A stretch of 26,313 bases of DNA from IMG/VR virus record IMGVR_UViG_3300037484_000933, positions 1 to 26,313 of that record; one strand, 5' to 3'. The notes under the pieces are model-generated. The model was not told the DNA's origin. It made no database searches and worked only from the letters and a program-made list of their open reading frames with translations. The stretch's first letter is position 1. Every line of letters begins with the position of its first letter. Source of the DNA: a virus (Duplodnaviria; Caudoviricetes). The position numbers and the translations under genes are program-made. Of the stretch, positions 17,158-24,899 are shown one piece after another.

Positions 17158-18608
17158 TATCTCGACCCCCCCACCGCATAGGACTGCACCCGGCTCTTAT
17201 TTCTCTTGGCTATCTCCCGATACTTCCCCATGTCCGCCTTCCGGTCCACCATCGGAAGCAACACGCAACAGGCATTCGCCCAAGCGTCCGCCATGTGGCT
17301 CGCCATATCCTTCTCTGGCTTGACGTTCTCCGCCCGGCTGACATTCCCGGAGACATCCGTCTTATAGTGCCAACGGCCATTCAGCGCCCGGTGAAGCAGG
17401 CGATTGGTGGAGCACAGGTACACGGCCGGCTGCCCCAGGATGTTGTGATTCAGAGCATAGGTGAACCCGGCTACCATGTGCTTCCACTTGGCCGGACCCG
17501 GCTGGAAGAGGGCACCCGGGAACGCGTCCTCCACCACTCGAGCCGCACTCTCCATGATGTTGCTCTGGTCCGGCTGTTTCATGGTGAAGTCACCACCCAC
17601 CCGCCAGGACATGGGTTTCCCCTTCCACTTCGGGGAATTGATCATGGGCAGGACCTGGTTTTGAATCAAGGCACGGATATCGCCGCCCTCCAGACGCAGA
17701 GTGTCCAGGAAGATAAGGCGCCCGGTGCTGGTGATCTGGCCCAGGACGCAGGCCGGACAATGCCAGGAGTCAAAGTAGGCGAAGGAAACAAGCCCTTTGG
17801 CCGGAGCCAGGGGCTTCTCAGATTGATGAATCCTAGGGTTATAGTCCGGGGTGACCCGCTTGCCTTGGTAGATCGTGGCAAACTTACCCTCGACGTACCG
17901 AGCATATTGGGCCGGGTTATTGGCATACATCTTCCGGGCCGCCTGACGGGATTCATCCTTAAGGTGCCGGTTTTCCCCGTAGGGAACCTGCCACACCTGC
18001 TTTTGCACCAGGGGGAAATCTTCTTCGAAGTCGGGTTCCTCAATGAACCGGCGATAAGTCCAGTGCTCATCGTCTGCAGGGTTCATGTCCACGATCAGAC
18101 GCCCCGGCAACCCCTTCCGCCGCAGAGCCCGGATCACGGCGACGTTGTAAACGTCCTCCGAAAGCCCAGCGTTCGCCTTGTCGGAGATGGGCGCCGGCTC
18201 GTTTAGCCAGATGAGGGTATAGGCCGAGGACCCCTGTAACTTCGACAAGCTGGCCGGATCGTCAATGCCGAACAGATCAATCTCGATCCGGGGATTGACG
18301 AAGATGGTCAGTTCCTTGTATTCGTTCTTGAACCGGTAGAGCTTGGCCGGAGGAATTTCAGGAAAGAACTCTTGGAAAAACTCCTGGATCGAAGGAACAA
18401 TAGAAAGTTTAATGTTTTCTAAGGTATCCCTAACAATAGCGCAACGTATTGGCTGCCCACACCGGGCCGCATGCATGATAATTGCGCCGATACACCCGAA
18501 AGTTTTTCCCTCGCCCAACGATGCGATAAGAATAGTGATCGCCTTTGTGGACTTGATGAAATCCCGAATAGTCGGGGAAAACTTTTCGAGCAAATGAAGC
18601 TCTGCCAT
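17157..18608 (-). CDS. terL: Terminase large subunit
   Basis: Walker A (GEGKT), IVRDT, Walker B IWLNE, motif III DMNP, and nuclease residues in YFDSW, GD and SHMADA. Confidence 0.9.
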   Translation of the reverse strand: MAELHLLEKFSPTIRDFIKSTKAITILIASLGEGKTFGCIGAIIMHAARCGQPIRCAIVRDTLENIKLSIVPSIQEFFQEFFPEIPPAKLYRFKNEYKELTIFVNPRIEIDLFGIDDPASLSKLQGSSAYTLIWLNEPAPISDKANAGLSEDVYNVAVIRALRRKGLPGRLIVDMNPADDEHWTYRRFIEEPDFEEDFPLVQKQVWQVPYGENRHLKDESRQAARKMYANNPAQYARYVEGKFATIYQGKRVTPDYNPRIHQSEKPLAPAKGLVSFAYFDSWHCPACVLGQITSTGRLIFLDTLRLEGGDIRALIQNQVLPMINSPKWKGKPMSWRVGGDFTMKQPDQSNIMESAARVVEDAFPGALFQPGPAKWKHMVAGFTYALNHNILGQPAVYLCSTNRLLHRALNGRWHYKTDVSGNVSRAENVKPEKDMASHMADAWANACCVLLPMVDRKADMGKYREIAKRNKSRVQSYAVGGSR

Positions 18609-18639
18609 GTTGAGGGAATATCACGAGTAGGAGATGATA

Positions 18640-18663
18640 CAAGGGCGAAATTCACCCTTGACA
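18640..18663. promoter_or_regulatory. Near-perfect 21-bp palindrome CAAGGGCGAA-A-TTCACCCTTG overlapping a TTGACA -35 box in the divergent terL/AbrB intergenic region
   Basis: Read directly; TTGACA at 18658-18663. Confidence 0.5.
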
Positions 18664-18709
18664 AAGAATATAAATAACAGTATGGATTCAAAAATATAAA
18701 AACGAGGTT

Positions 18710-18949
18710 GTGCAGATGAAGAAAGTTAATGTTCGTGGTGCCGGTATTGCTAAACTTGCGGCCAGTCTTAAGGTTCGCAAAATTGGCAACGCATGTTATA
18801 TTTGCCTACCTAAACCTTTCTGTGCCTTAAACAATATCGAGGCTGGCGATCCTGTGGCGGTTGCGGCCGCAAAGAATGTTTTGACGATGGTATTCCCGCC
18901 GACGGTTCGAGATGACCGCTCGGTTTGTACAGACGGCAGTTCGAGATGA
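18710..18949 (+). CDS. AbrB/MazE/SpoVT-type DNA-binding protein
   Basis: KVRKIGNA.YI.LPK.F.....IEAGD.V signature; GAGG SD (start may be ATG 18716). Confidence 0.8.
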   Translation: MQMKKVNVRGAGIAKLAASLKVRKIGNACYICLPKPFCALNNIEAGDPVAVAAAKNVLTMVFPPTVRDDRSVCTDGSSR

Positions 18950-19374
18950 CCACCTATAAGACCACACCGGAAGACTTCCAAGTTTTCAAGGAAGCCGTCG
19001 CCTACTGGCAAAACCGCCTGGGCCTCCTGAACTGGCACATCTATACCCGACACCGGCTCAAGCGGGAATTTCAAGCGCAATGCGCAACCGATTTAACTGG
19101 CCGTTGCGCCACCATCACCCTCTCCAAGGTGCTCTATAATTACGATGAGCCCCCAGGAAGAACAGGGATCAGGCGCATAGCCTTCCATGAGGTCTGTGAA
19201 TTATTCCTGGCAAGGATGGATATTTGTGCGAGAACGCGGTTTGTGCAAGGGGATGAAATAGAAGAGGCCCGGCACGAGATCATCCGGACCTTGGAAAAGG
19301 TGATTTTTGACAATTGCCCTACCCCCGGGGCCGCCCAAACGGAATCGTCCCCGGCGGCACGGTCACCGGGATGA
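18946..19374 (+). CDS. Zincin/ImmA-like protein with a variant HExxE motif
   Basis: ATGA coupling to the AbrB-like gene; WQ.RLGL.NW and IAFHEVCE followed by EE..HE. Confidence 0.6.
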   Translation: MTTYKTTPEDFQVFKEAVAYWQNRLGLLNWHIYTRHRLKREFQAQCATDLTGRCATITLSKVLYNYDEPPGRTGIRRIAFHEVCELFLARMDICARTRFVQGDEIEEARHEIIRTLEKVIFDNCPTPGAAQTESSPAARSPG

Positions 19375-19585
19375 CCCTCTGAGGCAACTTCTGGCTCACC
19401 AACCCTCCCACAATGTCCACCCCCGTGCTCAGGAGGTGAAGCAAAAGAGGAAGGTTGTCCAGATCCCCGATGATGGCCGGCCGGTTGTCCTTGGTGATCA
19501 CCACGGTCACCTGGTAAAGGATGTCTTCAAGGATGTCTTCCGGCGGCGGAGGAGGTGGGGTGCTACTTTTTCCGTTGTTACTCAT
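19319..19585 (-). CDS. Hypothetical protein (MSNNGK..., poly-Pro)
   Basis: Start reassigned to ATG 19585 after an AAGGAG SD; overlaps the convergent gene by 56 bp. Confidence 0.55.
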   Translation of the reverse strand: MSNNGKSSTPPPPPPEDILEDILYQVTVVITKDNRPAIIGDLDNLPLLLHLLSTGVDIVGGLVSQKLPQRVIPVTVPPGTIPFGRPRG

Positions 19586-19946
19586 GGATTTCTCCTTTTT
19601 CTCGCCTGATAATGATCTCCGCGGCGATGTAGTTGATGGCCCCCAGGAGTTCCCGCACCCCAGCTTCCCCCGGGAGGCGCACGGACTCGTAAATCTTTTT
19701 GACGGCCTGGAAGAGGTCCCCACCCCCCAGACGCCGGGCGATTTCACAAATGGGCTGGTGCTCGAAGGCCTCCCCATCGGAGGCATGGCGCTCTTTGCCT
19801 TTACCTTCTGAGGCTTGATCGTAGGCGTCTATGAGGACCATCCGAAGAGATTCGTATAGAGGGTCCATAAGCTCCGTTAATCCTAACTTGCAAACATTAA
19901 TCTCTATTTTGCAATTTGGACATTCGATTCTATAACGCTCAATCAT
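19578..19946 (-). CDS. Conserved all-helical phage protein (QA..GKG.ERHA...ELLGAINY), possibly MazG-like fold
   Basis: Start reassigned to ATG 19946 with AGGAGG SD; the fold is a weak inference. Confidence 0.6.
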   Translation of the reverse strand: MIERYRIECPNCKIEINVCKLGLTELMDPLYESLRMVLIDAYDQASEGKGKERHASDGEAFEHQPICEIARRLGGGDLFQAVKKIYESVRLPGEAGVRELLGAINYIAAEIIIRREKGEIHE

Positions 19947-19964
19947 CAAGCCTCCTAAAAGGTT

Positions 19965-20036
19965 AGCGGACCCAGGGCCTCGAACCCTGATCACCATCCG
20001 GGAAGGACGGCCTCTGTCCAGTTGAGTTAGGTCCGC
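19965..20036 (-). tRNA. tRNA-Gly(TCC), atypical, CCA not encoded
   Basis: GCGGACC/GGTCCGC acceptor, U73, CTC/GAG D-stem with TGG, CCGTC/GATGG anticodon stem with loop CT-TCC-CG, CAGGG-TTCGAGG-CCCTG T-arm. Confidence 0.8.
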
Positions 20037-20094
20037 ATGAGCGGGTAATTAGGTCTTTGCTTAATTAAGCCTGGATGAAGAAAAACATTGGGAA

Positions 20095-20523
20095 TTATAT
20101 ATTTGACTCCCTGATCCTCTTCCGAACAGCGAAAAGATCAGATGTTATTAAATCAGCCATCTTGACCATCAAATCCGGCTCACGCAAACCCGGAACATAG
20201 ACAATTACAATTTTGCCTGCGCCACAAGCCCACCCTGCTTCTAAACTAGCGGACACGCCACAGGGCATCACATAAACACAAACATCGCACTCTCGCAGGG
20301 CTGACATATCCCTGTTGAAGCCACGCTCTGCGCAAGGATGGTTTAATCCGTTCAGGTATTTAGGAATTTGTTCTGGCCATTCCAGCCACGTTGGGTCAAC
20401 CTCAGACCAATGGAACCCATCGGAGTCCTTGAAATCATATACCTCATGGCCATCCTCCCGAAGTGCAGCCACAACCAAAGGCTGAAAGGTATTGCGCCAT
20501 GAACTTGCTACGTAAATCTTCAT
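20095..20523 (-). CDS. Nucleoside 2-deoxyribosyltransferase/nucleotide N-glycosidase-like protein
   Basis: KIYVASSW, GHEVYDF, D..AL..CD.CV and SA.LEAGWA.G.GK motifs with catalytic Glu. Confidence 0.75.
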   Translation of the reverse strand: MKIYVASSWRNTFQPLVVAALREDGHEVYDFKDSDGFHWSEVDPTWLEWPEQIPKYLNGLNHPCAERGFNRDMSALRECDVCVYVMPCGVSASLEAGWACGAGKIVIVYVPGLREPDLMVKMADLITSDLFAVRKRIRESNI

Positions 20524-20534
20524 GATTTATCCTT

Positions 20535-20723
20535 TTAGGGAGTTAAAGATATAATTCCCAAAACATTTCTATTCCTTATTTCCATACACTTTCCGCAATA
20601 CCACGGATATGGCCAGTAATCAGTAGGAGGTTGGTAGCCCATGCGTATAAGCAACTTCATCCTGCCAATTACATTCAATTCCTCTCCGCAAGTTGGGCAG
20701 AAGATATTAGGGTTTAAGGTCAT
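20535..20723 (-). CDS. Small zinc-finger protein (CPTC...CGKC)
   Basis: Two CxxC pairs; in operon. Confidence 0.6.
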   Translation of the reverse strand: MTLNPNIFCPTCGEELNVIGRMKLLIRMGYQPPTDYWPYPWYCGKCMEIRNRNVLGIISLTP

Positions 20724-20724
20724 A

Positions 20725-20826
20725 TCAAGGCCACCCTGTTACCTTCTGGATTAACCAAGCGACACCTGCCGCCAAAAAACTCCCCAATATCCCACAAATA
20801 ATGATTTCAAGAACGACCGGCATCAT
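20725..20826 (-). CDS. 33-aa single-TM membrane peptide (MMPVVLEIIICGILGSFLAAGVAWLIQKVTGWP)
   Basis: Manually translated; GGAGG SD; hydrophobic stretch. Confidence 0.55.
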   Translation of the reverse strand: MMPVVLEIIICGILGSFLAAGVAWLIQKVTGWP

Positions 20827-20854
20827 CCCTCCAAAAACCCCTTCAGGCTCTCGA

Positions 20855-20983
20855 CTACGGCCTTGAACAGGTAATCCTTGGCCCGCCGCAGTGTGGGCAT
20901 TTTTTGATGATCGCTCCAGGATAAGGAGCCAGGCAGACTACAGCCGGCAGGCCCTCTATTACGGTTCTGGGTTTCGTCAACAT
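20855..20983 (-). pseudogene. 42-aa ORF with a single CPHCGG, probably a deletion junction of two gene fragments
   Basis: GAGG SD then MLTKPRTVIEG...KKCPHCGG; another frame downstream reads RAKDYLFKAVVESL. Confidence 0.35.
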
Positions 20984-20993
20984 TTTCCTCGTT

Positions 20994-21027
20994 GAAAACC
21001 GGGGGCAGGTTCTGGCGCCTACCCCCG
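20994..21027 (-). terminator. Terminator-like hairpin downstream of the tmRNA and minigene
   Basis: CGGGGGTAGG/CCTGCCCCCG stem followed by GTTTTC (short U tract). Confidence 0.5.
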
Positions 21028-21071
21028 CACTACAATCACAATCTTTGCCTTTTGGATATGCGCCGGTGCCT

Positions 21072-21095
21072 TTAACACCCGCCCTTCTTCTTCAT
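21072..21095 (-). CDS. Minigene MKKKGGC with perfect SD
   Basis: AAGGAGGTG 6 nt upstream of the ATG; TAA after 7 codons. Confidence 0.4.
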   Translation of the reverse strand: MKKKGGC

Positions 21096-21156
21096 GGGGA
21101 CCACCTCCTTTCGTCGACCACACTGGTCTTATTCCAACCATAAGCACCTTCAAAAT

Positions 21157-21504
21157 TGGTGGAGACGAGGGGAATCGAACCCCTGTCCGGCGTACAGTCC
21201 ATCACGAGTATCTACAGGCTTATCCGGCTGTCTCTCTCGCCCCGGCAAGGCCATACCGGCCCGCCCCACCGAAGCCATCCTGTTCTTGTTCGCCCGCCCG
21301 TCGCCAGGATCAGGGGCTGGGCTATCCCCGGTTTGCGGCCCCTATCGGCGTCCACCCAGGGAGTAGGACACCGGAGGGGGAAAGCTATGCAGCTTTCAGC
21401 ATGTGATAGTTGTCGGCACTTATGCCGGTCCCGCTTTTAACGGGGATCGGGGCCCCGGCCTGCTGCTCATGCTTTCTTGCCACCGTCGAAACCATTACGC
21501 CCCC
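21157..21504 (-). ncRNA. ssrA: tmRNA, 348 nt, tag (A)ADNYHMLKAA
   Basis: 5' GGGGGCG pairs with CGTCTCC-ACCA including G3:U70; GGTTTCGAC motif; T-arm AGGGG-TTCGATT-CCCCT; tag ORF 21385-21417 after ATAAGT, ending AA-stop. Confidence 0.95.
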
Positions 21505-21511
21505 TGAATCA

Positions 21512-21736
21512 TCACAAATCCACCCTCACCGATCTGGTGCTCCGGTGCAAATCACTCCCGGGAAGATCCACGGTGAACATCACCAGAAAGTACCCAAGCC
21601 CCTCCTGCACCCCGCAATACTCCAACTCATCCGCCTGCACCCCAAGCTCTCCCGCCAGGTGAAGGCGGGCGCAGTGAGACAGAAACGTCTCGGGGTGATG
21701 GCAGGTAGGGGGTTCGTTCATCTCCCGGGTCGCCAT
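21512..21736 (-). CDS. Hypothetical protein
   Basis: ATG 21736 in TAATG overlap (or ATG 21721); ends 7 nt before the tmRNA. Confidence 0.55.
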   Translation of the reverse strand: MATREMNEPPTCHHPETFLSHCARLHLAGELGVQADELEYCGVQEGLGYFLVMFTVDLPGSDLHRSTRSVRVDL

Positions 21737-21867
21737 TAGGCAAAAATAAAAAACGCTAATATCACCAGGAAAAAACCTGCCCACGGGGACCCGGTGAAAA
21801 TTGCAGCCAAACCTCCTGCCAGCAAAACGAAGCCAAAGACGATCTCCACCCAACCTCTCATCATCAT
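21736..21867 (-). CDS. 43-aa two-TM membrane protein, absent from ORF track
   Basis: MMMRGWVEIVFGFVLLAGGLAAIFTGSPWAGFFLVILAFFIFA; GAGGAG SD. Confidence 0.65.
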   Translation of the reverse strand: MMMRGWVEIVFGFVLLAGGLAAIFTGSPWAGFFLVILAFFIFA

Positions 21868-21880
21868 TCTCCTCTCTTTG

Positions 21881-22150
21881 TCAGCGGACAGTCCGCACAT
21901 CTCCGCGGCCGGCCCTGCTCCGCTCCGCCAACTCCATTAACTCTTCCAGATTCCCCGCCCCGATAGCGTCCGCCCAGGCCTGTACCCGTGTCCCCAACCT
22001 CGGAGGATTCCGCCGCCCCAACTCAATGTCGCTCACATAGGCCGCGCTCCAGCCCAAGCGCCGGGCGAGCTCCCGTAAGCTGATCCCCGCCGCCTCCCGG
22101 ATGGTCCGCACCGTGGGGCCAAATTGCTTATTGATGGTGGGGGAAGTCAT
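21881..22150 (-). CDS. XRE-family HTH transcriptional regulator
   Basis: FG..VR.IRE..GISLRELA..LG.S.AYVSDIE.GRRNPP; ATGA overlap with the upstream stop. Confidence 0.9.
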   Translation of the reverse strand: MTSPTINKQFGPTVRTIREAAGISLRELARRLGWSAAYVSDIELGRRNPPRLGTRVQAWADAIGAGNLEELMELAERSRAGRGDVRTVR

Positions 22151-22902
22151 TGGGGAAACTCCTGATGGTGGACATCGAGATCGAGATTGTCTTTCAAGAA
22201 AAAAGGGACGCTCGCCGCCAAATATTGATCCACGAGACCTTGCACCCACTCCGGATCCGGCCGCACCGCCCCGGGGCCGGTCATGGCTCCGATGATGGCC
22301 CAATTAATGCCCCTCCCTGGCTCCGTAGGGTGATTATGCCCTCTTAGCGTCCATTTTCCAGAAGTCCAACGAGGTAGATAGATGTTTCCCAGAAGTGGCT
22401 CGTGAGAGACGAACCGCACGGGAGCATTTACCTTTAAAAGCCAATGCCCCCGCTCATCCATGTCGGCCTGATTCGTGGCCGTCGTCCCCACCCAGCAGTT
22501 TCCGGGCCAGGGGTTGAAGTCCTTGAGGCGTTTGGGGTTTTTGGTGAGGAATTGGAAGATATGGTGAGGACAATGGATTGCCTCAACCTTAACCTGTTCA
22601 ATCCACTCATCCGGCACCCAATCCCCGAACAGGTCGGCCATGCTGCACACAAAGATTTTGCTGGGCTTCTTGACCTTGGCGGGTTGAGAAAGGCGCTCGG
22701 GCCAAAAGATAGGCGAGAAATCGTCCTCAAAAGTCCCTTGGCCTTGACGATAAATTTTTCGCGGTGGCAAAAATCGGCCAGCAATTCGATTCGCATAACA
22801 GTAAGCACACCGCTTCGGCTTCTCTGCCGTTCCACCAGGTCCCCAACAGCCAGTTACAGGGTTGAAAGTGAAATCTGTCCACTCGATGCGCGTCTTATTC
22901 AT
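22147..22902 (-). CDS. DUF5131 (phage Gp37/Gp68) family protein, radical-SAM-like
   Basis: IEWTD.T.NPVTGC...C.YCYA, IFVCSM.DLF, FQFLTK.P, F.S.EPLLG and FFLK motifs. Confidence 0.92.
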   Translation of the reverse strand: MNKTRIEWTDFTFNPVTGCWGPGGTAEKPKRCAYCYANRIAGRFLPPRKIYRQGQGTFEDDFSPIFWPERLSQPAKVKKPSKIFVCSMADLFGDWVPDEWIEQVKVEAIHCPHHIFQFLTKNPKRLKDFNPWPGNCWVGTTATNQADMDERGHWLLKVNAPVRFVSHEPLLGNIYLPRWTSGKWTLRGHNHPTEPGRGINWAIIGAMTGPGAVRPDPEWVQGLVDQYLAASVPFFLKDNLDLDVHHQEFPQ

Positions 22903-22960
22903 GCCCCCATGTAAGCATACTCTGTCAGCTTTTACAAGTGATTTTTGTCAGATTGACCGT

Positions 22961-23085
22961 AAAAAATGACTCGGGGAAAGTTAATCGGAAATGAACCGGA
23001 AATGACACAAGAAATGGCACACCAAAAGCCACGTCAACCGTGACTTTCAAGGGAAATGAAACAGAAAAATGACATAAAAAATGGC
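22961..23085. repeat. Array of AAATG(A/G) motifs with ~12-bp period
   Basis: Copies start at 22964, 22989, 23000, 23012, 23054, 23067 and 23079; degenerate A-tracts at 22977 and 23024. Confidence 0.6.
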
Positions 23086-23232
23086 CCGCCGCTCCCTGGC
23101 AAGGAGAAGGACGACGGGCCGGTGGACTGTGGTAGGACTCCAAAATCAACTGGTGATAACGATTAACTATCCAGGGCCTACTCTCCCATGCTTCGGGATC
23201 TATGTCAAGGGGGAAAGTGATGGAATAGTCAG

Positions 23233-24453
23233 TTAAAACAGTCCCCGACTGACCGCACCCACCCGGGCCTCAGCCACCGGGATGCACTCCGGGTCGTTAT
23301 CCACCCCCACCGCCCGGCGCCCCATGGCTTTCGCCGCCACCAACGTCGTCCCCGAGCCCATGAACGGGTCCAGAATCAAGTCCCCCGGCCGGCTGCCGAT
23401 GGCGATCAGGTAGGACATGAGCTTGACCGGCTTCACCGTGGGGTGCTTGCAGTCCTTCCCCTTCTCGGATTTGCTGGGCTTGGGCACGATCAGGAAAGGA
23501 AAGGTCTTCCGAACCGACTCCGGCAAGGCCTCCCACCAGGCGTCCAGGGAAAAATATCGCGAGAAGGTGCCCGTGTCGCCCCGGCTGGTGCGCTGGTGTC
23601 CTTTGGGGCCGAACAGTTTCTCGGTTTCGCCCTCAAAAAGGTTCCGGTCCACGGTCGCCGGATGAGGCACCCCATCATCCAGCACGTCATCACTCACCAA
23701 AAGGTTCGCAGGGAAACGGCCCTGGGGAACCTCCCACGGCTCCTTGCACATGGAGTAATCCCCGTAGACGGCGTTATCCGCCTTGACCGTGTGGGGGTTC
23801 TTCGCTTCCAACACCTTCTTGTCGGCCCCCTCAATCGGTATCCGCCCCGCCTCCAACCACGTTACCCCCTTCCCGTCCTTCATCGCCTGGTCAAGGTAGG
23901 TGCGCTCGGCGAGGGGTTTCATCACCACCAGGATCACCTCCACCGCCGGCTTCGGCTGGAATCCCGCATAGGACCCGTCAAGGGTTTTCGCAAGGGGACA
24001 GGCAGGGGCGGTGATTTGTCCGTTGCCAACCCCACCCTGTAAGCCATAATCTGAAAGAGGATTGTTTCTCTTTTTCCGGTCATTCGGGTTCTTCCCCACC
24101 AATTCCCGCTCCACCCCCAACCTCTTGTCCACCATCTTCCCGATATTCCCCGCCTTCGGAAACCCCGTAGCATAGGTCCAGTAAATGCTCGTGAAACCCG
24201 TCTCAAACCCAGCCTCCTGAAGATTCACGATCATCCGGGCCAACACGTCCTGCCGTGGCGCACTCATCACGAACCCAAACGCCCCGGGCTTCATCACCCG
24301 GAAGACTTCTCGCCAGGTGGAGGAGGGAACAACGGCCTTATCCCAATCCTTCCCCATAAAACCGTACCCATACGGCGGGTCCGTTACCAGGCAATCAAAG
24401 TGATCGTCAGGGAATGGGAGGCAAGATGAATCGCCATGGTGGATCTGAATCAT
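23233..24453 (-). CDS. DNA methyltransferase (N4-C/N6-A, beta class)
   Basis: TDPPY near the N-terminus; HPTVKP and LDPFMGSGTT near the C-terminus; start reassigned to ATG 24453. Confidence 0.92.
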   Translation of the reverse strand: MIQIHHGDSSCLPFPDDHFDCLVTDPPYGYGFMGKDWDKAVVPSSTWREVFRVMKPGAFGFVMSAPRQDVLARMIVNLQEAGFETGFTSIYWTYATGFPKAGNIGKMVDKRLGVERELVGKNPNDRKKRNNPLSDYGLQGGVGNGQITAPACPLAKTLDGSYAGFQPKPAVEVILVVMKPLAERTYLDQAMKDGKGVTWLEAGRIPIEGADKKVLEAKNPHTVKADNAVYGDYSMCKEPWEVPQGRFPANLLVSDDVLDDGVPHPATVDRNLFEGETEKLFGPKGHQRTSRGDTGTFSRYFSLDAWWEALPESVRKTFPFLIVPKPSKSEKGKDCKHPTVKPVKLMSYLIAIGSRPGDLILDPFMGSGTTLVAAKAMGRRAVGVDNDPECIPVAEARVGAVSRGLF

Positions 24454-24472
24454 GCCCCTATCTTTGCATACC

Positions 24473-24534
24473 CTTGACCATCTTGTCAAGTCAATTTGAC
24501 TGAATTGTAAGAGGTGGGGATGACTAATCAGTCA
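24473..24534 (-). promoter_or_regulatory. Leftward promoter/operator block with three TGAC-N6-GTCA-type palindromes
   Basis: CTTGAC-CATCTT-GTCAAG 24473-24490 (contains TTGACA on the minus strand), TGAC-TGAATT-GTAA 24497-24510, TGAC-TAATCA-GTCA 24521-24534. Confidence 0.6.
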
Positions 24535-24643
24535 GCGATAGTTTTTGTGTGAAAATTTTCGGGGAGGGCATAATAGACTACGGGGGTGGTTAAGTCGTCC
24601 CCGGGTTCTCCCCCTGGGGCCGGGAAGAGGGGCACGTTGAACC

Positions 24644-24665
24644 GGGGCGCGGGGCGGGCAGGGGG
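24644..24665 (+). other. G-quadruplex consensus in a very G-skewed tract
   Basis: GGGG-CGC-GGGG-C-GGG-CA-GGGGG. Confidence 0.5.
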
Positions 24666-24899
24666 CGCCGGCGGGCAGGCCCGGGCGGGCGGTGCGCACC
24701 AGGACGCCGTGGGCAAGGTGATGGGTGGATGGTGGCAGTGGGCAGAGCGATGGGCTGATGGATAGGTGCCTAGCCATGGGCTCTTGCCCTACCTCGAATT
24801 GGTCCATTAATATAGAAAAGTGGACCAATAACCCGCAAATCCACTAATGGTAAGGGTTAGGTGGTAGGGAGATCGTCGCTTAGGCGGGCTTACAGACGG

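Noticed and set aside
9045-18206. Long plus-strand ORFs (9045..10058, 10419..11189, 11224..12045, 11889..12800, 12904..13644, 15245..16141, 17295..18206)
   Set aside because: Antisense shadows of well-supported GC-rich genes, with no recognisable motifs
17157-18608. Walker B NE instead of DE as evidence of an inactive terminase
   Set aside because: All other motifs are intact and the catalytic Glu is retained; such variants occur in terminases
21157-21504. tmRNA as a host attB or prophage boundary
   Set aside because: Phage genes continue co-directionally on both sides, with no integrase or duplicated 3' end seen; cannot be fully excluded without the rest of the contig
21094-21739. Plus-strand ORFs over the tmRNA
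   Set aside because: Antisense to a clear structural RNA and to minus-strand genes
24528-24828. ORFs 24528..24716 and 24532..24828 as proteins
   Set aside because: Pro/Arg/Ala-rich translation of the G/C-skewed tract, overlapping operator-like sites; no motif
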